Part shown: piece after piece, positions 1-12,251 of the stretch
How the letters are laid out: the number at the start of each line of letters is the position of its first letter
How positions within the stretch are numbered: position 1 is the first letter of the stretch
The notes under the pieces: model-generated
Databases searched by the model: none
The model's input: the letters and a program-made list of their open reading frames with translations, nothing else
Told to the model about the DNA's origin: nothing
Assembly: GCA_965178125.1 (NCBI GenBank)
Contig: OZ237745.1
Location: forward strand, 124,001-188,000
DNA from: Bilabrum cf. latius
Taxonomy: Eukaryota
Reading direction: 5' to 3'
Length of the DNA: 64,000 bases
Translations under genes and position numbers: made by a program

Positions 1-930
1 TGGTCCCCGATGATCCTCCTGATCGTGTCGTGCGTCTTCTTGATCTCCGCCTGGTTCTTGGAGTTGATGCCCTCGGCCTCCCGCGACTGCCTCCGGGCGT
101 CCTCGAGCTCCTTCTCCCTCTGGATCAGCTGGGTCTTCACCTTCTCCAGCTCGTCCCGCAGCCGCTCCGTCCGCTTCGACTCCCTCTGCTCTTCGTCCTC
201 CTTGGACCTCACCTGCGCCTGAAGCTCGGCCACCCGGTCCTTGAGCTCCCTGCCCTTGGACTTGCGCTGCTCAAGGCGCTGCAGCAGCTCGTCCGCGCGC
301 TTACGCTCGTACTCTGCCTGCGCGGAAGCCTCTTCGAACTGCCGCGTGGCCTGGTCGCGCGCCGCAATCACGTCCTCCAGCGTCGTGTCTTCCCCTAGGA
401 GGCCAGTGTACCGGTCGACGAGCATCTTGAGGCTGTCGATTTCTGTCTGGAGCTTCTGCGTCACCGCAGAGGCGGCCTCTTCCTTCTGGTTGGCGCCTTC
501 AATCATCGCATGAGCCTTTTCTACCTGCTTGCGCAGCTCCTAGATGGTTGCATCGTCGTCTTCGCTAAGCTTCATCGCGGAAGCTACCTGTGCAGCGTTT
601 CGCTTCATCTCTGAGCTCATTTCTTTCACTTTCTTCACCAAGCGTCTCTCGTTTTCATGTGACTGCGCCAACCATAGTATTGAAGCACAACACGACCAGC
701 ATGTTCAAGGCATGCGTTTGACGATGTGCAACCATCGACTTTCTTGTACACAACAATCTCACCTTTTTCAGTGCTTCGTGCAATTTCACGTACTCTGAAC
801 GGAAGCTTTCAAGTGTTTTATCACCAACCATACTTTCCAAGACCTCCTAGAAGTCCTTTTCTAGAGCCTCGAAGGCCTCGGCATCCTCATCAAAATCCCC
901 GTCCATGGCATGAGCGTCTTTGCTCTCCAT
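1..930 (-). CDS. CFAP58: Cilia- and flagella-associated protein 58 (CCDC147), 5' part; gene runs off the window start
   Basis: ATG at 930 (alternative 906). Exon 1 reads ...EAFEALEKDF*EVLESMVGDKTLESFRSEYVKLHEALKK, then a GT-AG intron at 663-762, then SHENERRLVKKVKEM...ASAMKLSEDDDATI*ELRKQVEKA. This matches the CFAP58 N-terminal pattern (ERDFQ.VL..L.GDKSLE.FR.EY..LH...KKS..NE.RL). In-frame TAG at 847-849 and 540-542. Confidence 0.88.
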
Positions 931-1139
931 GCCGCCTAGTGCTGCCATTCGCACCGCTCAGGTGGTGATAATAATACGTTCCTATGCTACCGGTCAGCAA
1001 GAAGTACCGGTTCTTTCCGAGAAACTTGCGCTTGATCCAAAAGTCGAAAGGTCCGTTGGTGGTGTTTGTTGCGTGTGGTTTGCTGATTCGGAGCCATCCG
1101 CCGAAGCGAGCGCGGCTAGTCTCCCCCAATATCGCAAAG

Positions 1140-4100
1140 ATGCGAACTACTATCGCCACAAGCATTATACCGAGCATAATAATTATTTATTTTCTTTTGG
1201 ATCACGGCAAATCCCATGTCAATGTGGTGGATTAGGTGCTGAATCAGGGTGAACATCCACAGCTCAGAATCTCAGAGGTATCGTCGGGCCAAAGCCAAGC
1301 TCCGTCTTGGTTTGAGATTCTGAATTTCGTTCCAGGGGTGAATATAGCATTAGATTCCTGCAGCTTCGCAATTTCCCACTCTAGTTCTGGTGTCGCCGCT
1401 CGATTCGACATCCTGCAAGCGGCAACCCCCCTTCGACCAGGTACCGCGGCTGTGGTGCATGCAGGCACAGCAAGAGGGTTCATAGGCGCGCAAATAGGAT
1501 CTGGTTGGGTGCATGAGTCAATGTCATCCCTACACGTATCACAGCAAGTCGTTGACTTTACGCAGTACGAGCGAGCAGACGGCGGCCCTTCCACGCAAGA
1601 CACGGCTGTACCAGCGTTCGACTTGCGACCAATTGATGGCTCGGACTCCGTGGGTATCCAAATAAGCTGCCAAAGTACCCTAATAGGCAGAGAACTAAAG
1701 CCAATCGCGGCAAGCGTGGTGTTGGCCCCGTCGGACTGGCAGGCTTCCAACACCACTGGTCCATCGCCGCCGATGGAAGTGCGTTCTCTTGACACTGCAG
1801 GAATATCACTCGGCTACGAACTTGACTCTCCTTATGGCACTGATGTGCGGGATTTTGGTACCATGCCATCCGTTGCACAATCCACGGTCGGTGTGCGCGG
1901 GGCAAGGCGCTCTGCCGCTGTCGCTGCACTTGTACCTAGTGACGCACGTGCAAGCTTGCCTGGCGGAAGCAACGCAGCAGATCCGAGCGGTTCTATTGGA
2001 TCGCCGGGCATCGGCATCGTAAGCGCACTGAATGGAGCCTCAGTGAATTCTAATTTTCGGGTCTGGGGCTAGCACGACGATGCGGCCCTCGCCGGTGGAG
2101 TGGTGGGCGGGCACCTGCTCCTGTCACGGAGTGGGCGAGAGGACTTTGACGGCTACAACTCAAATGCGCCAGGACTGGAGGCGAATTCAACCGGTGGAAT
2201 CCTGCGCTGGGACGGCTTACTAGAGGAGGCCTTCCTGGTAGAGCCGCCCCGCGCCGCCGGAAACGCTTCTATGACACGCGCTTGGCGAGTCCATGAAAGC
2301 GCCTAGACTGCCGCGTGGATCGCAACAGACCCTGCAAGTAGTGCCACCGCGTCCAACGCAAGCCAAGCTATTAGACTTCAACCCGCTCCCGGCAGCATGG
2401 ACCCCTCCTCCCCTGAACCCTTGATTCTGGGGGAGGTCCTCGGGCAGGTCGCTATCAGCGCGTGGACGCCTGAGACGGGCCGGGAGCTCTTCTCCATCGA
2501 CACGAGGGAGTATGACCTTTCAGATGGGGATGTCTCCGACGGTGCGCCTGTAGAACCAGGCCCTGGGCGTCAGGGGCTGCAGCTCGTCGGTGATTTGTGG
2601 CCAGGGAGAGAGGGCAGCGCGCCTCTGGACATGGTGGTGGCCTGGAGCGGACTGGGGTACGATGCAGCCAGGCGGTGGAGGCGAACTAAAGATGGATTTT
2701 TGGTCGCGGGACAGGTGCAGCAGGAGCGCGAGGTGTCCGCTGATGCGAGGCGCCACGTAGCGTTCCTGACAGCGCTGCAGCCGGTGCATCGGGCTGCACC
2801 CACACCGTGTGGGGCGGCCTTAAACGCTAGCACTGCATCCAACGGCACATAGCAAGCAATTCTGTGCCAGAGCAATGCTCAGTATGAGCGCGAGATATTC
2901 GTCTGGGACCCCTCCCATCCAGATCCCCTGGCTCGAGCACCGGTGGCCCTGCGATCATTGGACGGGTCCTTTGTCACACCTAGGGCGCCCAACGCAACAA
3001 GCCGGTATCCCACGCACCCGACTGGTCTCCGAGTAGTCGCTCGATTTAGACCACCCCCGCGAGAGGCCTCATCGGGGCACGCGTCGCGAGTGTGGCAGGG
3101 CGAGGAGGCCAGGGATGACCTGGTCTTGTACTCGGCTGGAACATCGACGCATGGGAGGGAGCTGTTTGCCTTTGATCCGGCAGCAGGTGCTAGCTGCGTT
3201 GTGGTGGACCTTTTGGCGGGGCCTGGATCGTCCCATGCATAGCAGCCCACGGCGCTGGACCCCTTCGGGCGACGGATCGTGCTGACGGCTCTGGTCAACC
3301 CAGCTGACGAGCAGGAGAGCATCGTGCTGCTGGAGTTTTCCCAAAGGCCTGGATGCTCGTCGCAGCCGCCTGACGGCTCCACGGACATGGCCGTGCCTGG
3401 ACCCAGCATGCTGCAGCGGGCAGGTGCCTGGGCTGTCGTGCCTGCAGCAAGCGACCGCAGCTCGGTGGGACTGGCTGCACCGGGTGGATTCACGGTAGCC
3501 TTTGCCCAGACGCTGCTCTTCGTGGATGCGGACCATTCGCACGGCGAGGAGCTGTGGAGAGCCCCCCTATCTGTCCTCACCGTGCAGGCCCTCCGGTCAA
3601 GCGGCGCTGGGCCCGCCGGAAGGGTCACTGACCTGGAGCCGGGGCCCGCGTCCTCGCACCCTGCGCAGTTCGCGATCGCAGAGCCAGACGTGGCAGTGTT
3701 TACGGCTGCCACGAGCTCCCGTGGGCGAGAGCTCTGGGTCATGGTGGGCGGAGAATCTCCTCGGGTTCTCTTCGAGGCGGTCCCTGGGCCGGGGTCCAGC
3801 GAGGTATCGATCATTTCTGCGTGGAGAGGGCACCTCATGCTGAGCGCGTGGGACGGGGAGAGCAGGGGGTTGTTCGCAATCCCGAGGGGCTAGGGCCAGC
3901 GGTGGATCGGCAGCCCTGTGCAAGCCCAGCGATTCAGCAGCGCGAGGACGGATGCATCGCACGAGCGTGCCATGCTGCCAAGGTGCTCACACGGCACGAA
4001 GCCCCTCCCTGGTCCGTATGGCCCGCGAGATGCTAGCTTGGGCCAGTCCGCTCGACACGGCGATCGAATCGTGTCGTTCGGCCAGGTCACGTGCGGTGAC

Positions 4101-7100
4101 CTGCTGCTTCCGTCGGGCGACGAGGTGGAGGAATCCATGTCGCAAGGGAGGCTGCTCGAGTTTGGGGCCGCAGTGGCCTGCATGAGACAGCAGCCAGCAG
4201 GCATAGACTGGGCCACTTCATCGATGGCAGGCGAAGAACGGGACGCTCTAGTGCGGTAGCGAATCGCCCTGGACGCGGAGCCTACTCTCGCGGTGGGTGT
4301 CCCAGGAGCGGGCAGTCTGGGCGAGGGCGAAGCCCAAGTGTGGGTGTCACAGCGTGGCTCGGGCGCAGGACGAGCCCGACACATACCGGAATCGAGCTAT
4401 CGGCGCGTTGCTAGACTGGTAGATTCTGGGGTAGGCCCAGGAGGCGGCCTGGGACGGGTCTTGGCGGCATCCAGGATACCGCTGCCATTCAGCGCACGTG
4501 CTTCAACTGCATCATTCAACCCAGCAGGGACCTCAAGTTTTGGACGAGTGCAGGGCATTGCCGCGGCGTGGCGCTCCGGACTAGTTGCTGCGGCTGCATT
4601 GGGTCCACTGCCAACTGGGGTTTCGAACGGAACATCCGCTAATGTGTCTAGCAGCTCCGGCACCGGCGCTAGCAGCAACACCACTGCTGCAGGGCAAGGC
4701 GGCGCACTGCCCTGGCATGCGGGCACTGTTGCCGTCTTTCTGCAAAGTCGAGACTCGTAGTGGATGTTCCGCCAGAGGCTGCGCCCACCTGTGGCGGTAA
4801 GGCAGGAGCTCGAAGCCAGGCACTTCGCGAGACTCCTTCATCCGGACGAGAAGTTCGGAGCAGCCCTCGCCGCCGACGGAGACCGAGGCAGGGTGGTTGT
4901 GGGGTGCCCCGGCGCGAGCTCAGGCGACGGTCGCGTGTTTGTTTTCGACTAGCCTGGGGGGCACACCTTTGTCCTATCAGCCACACTTGAACCCACCGGC
5001 CTGCTGCGGGAGGGAAGCAGCAACGGAGGGCACCCAGTCCTGTTCGGGCAGTCCGTTGCATTGTCGTTTGCGGTACCCGGCTAGCACTGGGCGGTGCCAG
5101 CAGGAAGTGGCGCTCCAGTCGCGCAGTCCCTGGATTCGTGGAGCCCAGAGGCAGGTCCACGAGAGATGGAGAGGAGGCAGAGGGCCGGTCGGGTGCTTGC
5201 GATCGGTGCCCCGGGGGCGCTCGGCAGCAAAGGGGCAGCCGTCGTGCAGGTCGAGGCCATTGCAGCGCGTGGTACGTGGTCGCAAATCACGCCAAGCACG
5301 TTGTACTCAGACCCCGATGGCACTCCCGGTGACTGGCTAGGTGCATCAGTCGACGTGCTTGGATCGATTCTCGCGGCAGGGGCACCTGGGCACAGGCAAA
5401 TCGAGTCCACGAGTTTGAATGCGTCCAGCAGTTAGGTAACTGACTCTAGGAGAACCGGAGCAGCGCTGGTATTTACCCGGGGCGATCCTGGCGGTAGCGG
5501 CGCCATTGGAGCAGGGAGGCCGCATCGGCTGCAGCACGGGGAGTCGCTGCACGGTGCGATGGTAGGAGCTAGTGTGTCACTGGTGGCTGCCCATGTGGAT
5601 CCTAGAGGAGCGCGCTGGGAACTATACGCAACTTCAAGCGATCGGCACTATGAAGTCATCGTGGGTGGAGGTGGAAGTCATGCTGGAGCGCTGTTTGGCC
5701 CTGCGCGGCGTCTGCTCAACGGCACCCTGACGAGCACATCGGTGCGTTCCAGCGACGGGGGTGGCTTGCGCGTTTACACATGCATGGAACAAAGATCTGC
5801 GCAGAAATGGGGCGCTTCAGGCGCGTGCAGCTTTCTGAGGCAGATACGGCCGGCCGACACCGGTGCAGGGACGCAGATGGACCAGGCTGGCGGGCAACCC
5901 CACGAAGCAGCCGTGCCGTCCACGGCTTCTGCAGGCTCTGCGTTCGGGACCCCCCTGCACCGAATCGTCACCGCGCACGGACAATCCATTTCATCCGGGG
6001 CTGTTGCGGTGCACCGGTGCCCCACAGCCCCGTGTGAGCCAGGCGCCTTCGAGTCGGTGGGCTGCACTGTGTTTCGAGACAGGGTGTGCTCCCCCTGTTC
6101 TAGGGGGCATTGCCCGAGAGGGACGTTTCAGGAGGCGGGATGTACCGTATTTCGAGACAGGCAGTGCCGCGCCTGCAACGAGACTTGTCCAATCGGCAGC
6201 TATCTATACAGGCGATGCGGACCAGTTTCTGCAGCTGTGTGCCTGCCTTGCAACGGGCCACTCCAGTGCCCGCCAGCCAACTTCACCGCACTTGATGCCT
6301 TTCCATCGCCCACTGGTCGCGACTCAAGGAGGCCGTGGGCCGGGAAGAGAGACGCCTCTGGTAGCTAGGAGGAGGCGTGCGACCGGAACGGGTTGTGCAA
6401 CCGACGGTTTCCGTCCATCTCGACTGGCCAGACCCGCCTGGGCCACGGGTCGTACCCACGGCCGGTGCACTCCATTGTGCTGCCCGACGGGAGCGCTCTT
6501 CCGGAGGGCAGGGGTTTAAGCGGCCAGCGCTCGATGCCCGCCGATTTGGATGCAGAGCAGAAAGCAGGTACGGAGCCGATAGGACGCACAGCATTCCCCC
6601 GGGTGCAGGCTCTGGTGGCTCTGCACAACGAGACGGGTGGCAGCCACTGGACACACAGCTGGGAGGGTGCCATAGCTGCCGGGATGGATCCGTGCACGCC
6701 GGCAGGATCCACCGCAACGTCGCGCTGGGAAGGTGTCAGCTGCATGGAGGAGAAGGGAGCTGAGAAACCCACCGTGACTGGCCTGCTCCTGGGGTCCAGA
6801 GGCCTCGTGGGCAGGGTGAGTTGGGCGAGGCTGCTGCGGCACATGGATGGGTTGGAAGCGATGGACGTGTCACGTAATAACCTGTTCGGGTCCGCCCCAA
6901 GCCTGGATGACCTTGCCCCTGTCGGTGCGACGCTAAGGCGGCTCGACCTGTCGCACACTGCAATGGCTGGGCGGCTGCCCGTGTACGAGGACAGCGAGGC
7001 TCAGCATGGGGCTCTCCTGTGGGACGTGCTGCCTCGATTAGAGTTCCTTAGCCTGTGCGGCATGGACCTCTTGGAGGCTCCAAGAGGGGGGACAGTCGAG

Positions 7101-7172
7101 GTGGGTCGTCTGCCGAGCAGGGTGCAGCTTGCTGTGGAGAAGGGTGACTTGCGGATCGACTGCGTGCGATGA
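1140..7172 (+). CDS. 2010-aa secreted/surface mosaic protein: ELWxxDGT-like repeats, FG-GAP-like repeats, TNFR-like Cys-rich repeats, C-terminal LRR
   Basis: One uninterrupted frame from ATG 1140 (hydrophobic leader MRTTIATSIIPSIIIIYFLL) to TGA 7170-7172 with 12 in-frame TAG (1233, 2070, 2304, 2850, 3240, 3891, 4257, 4758, 4950, 5082, 5433, 6366) and no TAA/TGA. Motifs: GRELF/GEELWR/GRELWV with PGPxSS; FGAAVA, FGAALA..VVVGCPG, LGASVDV..LAAGAPG; CxPGxFxxxGCTVFRDRxC x2; ALVALHNETGG..W..WEGVSC..DVSRNNLFG. Confidence 0.8.
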
Positions 7173-7397
7173 GTAGGATATTCACCACAGGATTAAAGCA
7201 AAAGCAAAACTTCTGTAGAATTAGGAACCAAAGTCACGAAGCACCGTCGCGATTGGAAGCAATGGCTCTCACGATTCCAAGCTCGCAGCGAACGTTCTAG
7301 ACGCCCATCTAACGAGTTCTGGAAGCGAAGTCGTGGAAGCCTGACGTCGACCGGGTATAACTTCACTTTTCACAATTCAAAATAAGAACAAAGAGAC

Positions 7398-8470
7398 ATG
7401 GCCGCCGCATCAGCATCTAAGAAAGTAATTGCAGTGTTTGGAGCAACTGGATCCCAGGGGGGCAACGTGATCAGGGGCCTGCTGGCGACCCGAGCTGGCT
7501 GGAGCATCCGCGCGCTCACCCGCAACCCCGAGTCGCCAAAGGCCCTCGCCCTCAAGGAGCTGGGATGCGAAGTCGTCAAAGCAGAAGCAAGTGACAGAGA
7601 CTCTCTATTTGCTGCGCTTAAGGGTACGTATGGCGTGTTCGCCAACACACAATTCTGGGAGAAGCTGGACGGCAACCTTGAGCTGGAGCAGGGGAAGAAC
7701 ATCGCGGAGGCTTGCGCCGATGCGGGCGTGCAACATGTAGTGTTCTCAAGTCTTGAGGATACCCGAGAACTCAACAAGGTAAGATTGACTGACTGCGTGC
7801 GCCACTGGCTGTCGAGATGGATCGCACCGGTGACGCGAACCATAGCTGCCGTTCTTTGATGTCCATTTGATTCGTGCAGGAGGGGAAGCTTGCCACTGAA
7901 CCGCTGGAGCCACTTCAAGACAAAGATGGTAACAAGTGGATTATCCCGCACTTCGATGCAAAGGGGGCCATCCAGAAAATCATGGAGGAGAAGAAGCTTC
8001 CGGCGACTTTTGTGTACTACTCGATGTACCTCGACAACTTCCTGACATCAATGAAGCCCCAGAAGCAAGATGACGGTTCTCGTGTCATTGCTCTTCCTAT
8101 GGGGGACAAACCGACAGGGCTTGTTGGCGTGGAGGATGCCGGCCCGGCCGTCGCGTCCATCTTCGGCGACCGTGACGAGTGGATCGGCAAGAGCGTGGGT
8201 CTAGCCAACGAGAACGTGAGCATGGACAAGGTCGCGGAGGCCTTCAGTGAGGCCACGGGGGAGAAATTTGTGTACGCGCCCGTGCCCATGGAGGCGTTTG
8301 CCAGCTTTGGGTTTCCCGGCGCCGAGGAGTTCGCCCGCATGTTTGGAGCTCTGTACTGCGCCGACCAGAAGTACTGCGTGAGGGACCCGGAGGCCACGAG
8401 GAAGCTCAACCCGGCCCTGAGGACGATCAAGGAGTGGGCAGCTGCTCACAAGGACGAGCTGCTGGCGTGA
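7398..8470 (+). CDS. NmrA-like (NMRAL1/HSCARG family) NAD(P)-binding protein
   Basis: VIAVFGATGSQGG Rossmann motif, IRALTRNPES, GVFANTQFWE, HVVFSSLED, IPHFDAKG. GT-AG intron at 7779-7879 joins the two ORFs in frame. TGA stop; no in-frame TAG. Confidence 0.9.
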
Positions 8471-8512
8471 ACCCCGGGCCTGACCAGGGTGGGCGGCTTG
8501 GCCTGGCTTGGC

Positions 8513-8611
8513 GGCAGGTTGCACGCATGGTGCCATGAAGGATACTGTCAGGTTGCACGCATGGTGCCATGAAGGATACTGGCAGGTTGCATGGATGACG
8601 CCAAGGATACT
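8513..8611. repeat. 34-nt tandem repeat (2 near-perfect copies plus 1 degenerate) between convergent gene ends
   Basis: g(g/t)caggttgcacgcatggtgccatgaaggatact at 8513 and 8547; degenerate third copy at 8581. Confidence 0.85.
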
Positions 8612-8812
8612 GTCGCTGGATGGTGGCGCGCGAGTTGATACAGAAAGTACTAGTACGATGTGACCATATTCTTGTCTAAACGCACCCATTACTGCATCAT
8701 GACCCGCCACTGTTCATAGCAGGCCAGTCTGCGATCGGGCCATCGCCTCTGTGGGAGGCAAGGCAAGCTAGCTCGAGCCACTGGAGTAGGAATAGATCCA
8801 TGTGCCCGCTGC

Positions 8813-11758
8813 TCACAGCTCATCGTGCTCCTCCCCCTCCTCTTCCTCTTCCTCCTCTTCGATCTCCTCCTCCTCTTCCTCCTCCTCCTCCTCGTCAGGC
8901 ACCTCGATCTCGGGCTCGAGGTCCAGCGAGTCCAGCTGCATGCCGGAGCGCATGAGCCTGTAGGCGCGCTGGGCAAACTTGCGGGGGTCATCCATGGAGA
9001 AGCCAGAGTTGAGCAGCGCCGAGTCGAAGAGCATGGCGGCGTAGTCCTTGGTGTCCTCGGACTCGTCTCCCTCCTCGACCTTGGCCAGCAGCTTGCTCAC
9101 GATGGGGTGCCTCGGGTTGATCTCCATCGTCTTCTTGGAGATGAGGAACTTGGCGCGGTCCGGGTCCGCGAATGCCTGGGAGCGCATGATCCGCTCCATG
9201 TTGGCGCTGTAGCCGTACTGCCCGGTCACAAGGACGGCGGGGGTCTCTGCCAGGCGGTTGGAGATGGTCACCTTCTCGATCTTGTCGCCCAGCACGTCTT
9301 TGAGCCAGTCCGCGAGCGGCTGGAACCTGGAGCGGTAGGCGTCTGCCCTCCTCTGCTCGATGTCGTCCTCGTCCCCGAAGCGCAGGCCCTCCTTGGAGAC
9401 GGACTGCAGCCTGAATCCGTCGTACTCGGCCAGGTTCTGCACGGCGTACTCGTCCATGGGGTCCGTCATGTACAGCACCTCGATGCCCTTGGCCTTGAAG
9501 CGCTCCAAGAAGGGGGAGTCCTTGATGGCGTCCAGGGACTCGCCCGCCAGGTAGTAGATGTTCGACTGGCTCTCCTTCATGTCGGCCACGTAGTCGTCCA
9601 GCGAGCGCAGGTCATCCTCGCCGTCGCTCTTGGTGGTGCGGTACCGCAGCAGCTTGCTGAGCTTGGAGCGGTTGGAGGCGTCCTCCACAATGCCCAGCTT
9701 GAGGTTCTTGCCGAAGACCTTGTAGAACTCCATGAACCGGTCGATCTTCTTGGCCTTGTCGGCGTCCTTCTCGTCCTCGTCCTCGGCGTCCTCGGACTCC
9801 TCCTCCTCGGGCTTGTCCTCCTCTTCCTCGTTCTCGCGCTCCTCTCTGAGCTTCTTGCTCTCCTTGGCCAGGCGCCGCAGCAGCTCCAGCACCTTCCGGG
9901 TCAGCTTCTTGCCGATCACGCGCAGCAGCTTGTGCTGCTGCAGGGTCTCGCGGGACACGTTCAGGGGCAGATCGTCAGAGTCCACCACGCCGCGCACAAA
10001 GTTCAGGTACCGGGGCAGGAACGAGTCGAACTCGTCGCTGATGAGCACCTTGCGCACGTACAGGCGCACGCCCTTCTGCTTCCCGTAGTAGTCCTCGTAG
10101 AGGTCGTAGGGGGCGCGCTTGGGCAGGTACAGGAGCGCCTTGAAGTCGATCTCGCCCTCGGCCGCGAAGTGGGACCAACCCAGCGGGTCCTCGTAGTCGC
10201 TCGAGACTGCCTTGTAGAAGGACTTGTACTCGTCCTCCGTGACGTCCTCCTTGTTCCTCGTCCAGATGGCTTGCTGGTCGTTCATCTGCACCCACTCCTC
10301 CACGGTGCGGGTCTCCTTCTTGGTCTTGGGCTTCTCCTCCTCCTCGTCTTCGGCCTCTACCTCCTCGTCGTCCTCCTCCCCCTCCTTCGTCTCCTCGGCA
10401 TCGGCCTCGCTCTCCTCGTCCTCGATGGGCACGTCCACGGTCTCGGACCTCGTCTTCTTGAGGAAGATGGGGAACTGGATGAACTCCGAGTAGCGCTTCA
10501 CCAGCTCCTCGAGCCGGTTGGCAGTCGAGTACTCGGCGGCGTCCTCCTTGAGGAACAGAGTGATCTCGGTGCCCCTGCCCAGGGTGTTCCCGCGGGGGTC
10601 CTCCGCCACGCTGAAGGTGCCATCAGCCATGGACTCCCACACCACCTGGTCGTCCTCGTTGTTCTTCGTGGCCACGCGCACGCGGTCCGCAACCAGGTAC
10701 ACGGAGTAGAAACCGACACCGAACTGGCCGATCTGGTTCACGTCTGCTCCCTGGGCCATTGCCTCGAGGAACTGGGCCGTGCCCGACCGGGCCACGGTGC
10801 CCAGGTTCTGGATGACGTCCTGCTTGGTCATGCCGACACCGCGGTCCCTGATGGTCAGCGTCTTTGCCTCGTTGTCGAAGGAGATGCGGATTTCGAGCTC
10901 CTGGTCCTCGCCCTCGCCCAGCGCGTCCGCGTCTGCCAGGGAGAGGAAGCGGATCTTGTCGAGGGCATCCGATGCGTTCGAGATGATCTCGCGGAGGAAG
11001 ATCTCCTTCTTGGTGTACAGAGAGTTGATGATGATGTCCATGAGGCGGGACACCTCGGCCTGGAACTCGTACGTCTCGAGGCTCTCCTCCAGGGCCTCCT
11101 CGTCCTCGCTCGAGAAGCCCGGGGCGGCTGCCGCCTCGACCTCCTCCTCGACTTCCTCAAACTCCTCGCCATCGCCGCTGCGAGGTAGCAAGTTGGTATC
11201 ATGGAAAAAATTGGAGGTAGCCGGCGTATTGGCAATTGCTTTTGACGCACAACGCGTTGGAGGGGGGCCACTTGTCTAGTTGGCTTTGACGTGGAACGGA
11301 GCAGATTCCACCCGGCCGAATCCGACAAGGATCCAGGGTGGTGTAGTCAAATAACAAGCATTACGGGACAAAACATACAACATTTACTACGACTGTGCCA
11401 CAATACAACAGTGTGGAAGCCCGATAAAGCTGCTATCCAACACGACGGTTGCCAGCTGGAAGCGGCACCTGTTGGGTTGGCGATTGCATCTCTCACCCGT
11501 CATCTGCAGCAATCTCCTCAACGGAATCATCTTCAGGCGTATCCTGAGCAAGCGCTCCGCTGGACATGATAGCCGCTGCGACAAAATAAGAGGAGCACCA
11601 CCAGGGTTCGTCGGCGCCACGTGGATCCACACCTCTTGATAAGGACACACGGGCTACTGGGTTCATCTTTGCAGAAACTTACTCGGCGCGACTACGAGAT
11701 ACAACCCAAGGGCTGCCAAGAGGGCCATGCCCACTAGTTTACGGCCTCGGACCGCCAT
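8813..11758 (-). CDS. HSP90B1: Endoplasmin / GRP94 (ER HSP90)
   Basis: YEFQAEVSRLMDIIINSLY, IFLREIISNASDALDKIR, IGQFGVGFYS and a C-terminal HDEL. Signal peptide MAVRGRKLVGMALLAALGLYLVV lies on exon 1 (11758-11683). Introns at 11576-11682 and 11178-11496. TGA stop; no in-frame TAG. Confidence 0.96.
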
Positions 11759-12251
11759 GTCTTAAACAATCGAAGTGCTGTGTCGACGTGGGCCAATCAC
11801 TTGTAACGTGTGGTTCACCATTTAACATGATTTTTTGGTGAAACTGGAAACGCCATGATCCATCGACTGTCACGACTGCTCGCGCCTCATAGCATAATGT
11901 AGCTGATATTCAATTTTTGATCCATACAACAACCTAAGTTATAGTTGGCCGGTACGCTTTGGTGCAGGCCAAAGGGATTGCAGCCCAGGTGCAACTGCAC
12001 GTATGCAACAGCATCTGTCGGGTTCGCACGGGCGAGGCCTGCTTCAAATCGGTAATATTCTACATGCATTCGATACGTCGTGGATCGAGTCTGCAAATCG
12101 GGAGATTGGCCCGTCAGAGTCCTCGGTGATGTAAGAGTATGCGTTTTCAGTCTTAATTCTGCACGGAATAAACCTAAGAATTATAAACGCAAAAGAAAAT
12201 CCTATCGTTTATTCAAATCGCAGCTTGGGCGGCCGCCCGTGCGCTGCTACA

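Noticed and set aside
1140-7172. Interpretation as a cluster of pseudogenes, RIP-like C-to-T damage, or sequencing error
   Set aside because: All interruptions are TAG, with no TAA from CAA, no TGA from CGA and no frameshifts. Conserved genes are affected and duplicated copies retain the TAGs.
8825-11188. 787-aa ORF antisense to GRP94
   Set aside because: In-register mirror ORF produced by extreme codon bias of the sense gene; Leu/Val/Gly-rich with no motifs.
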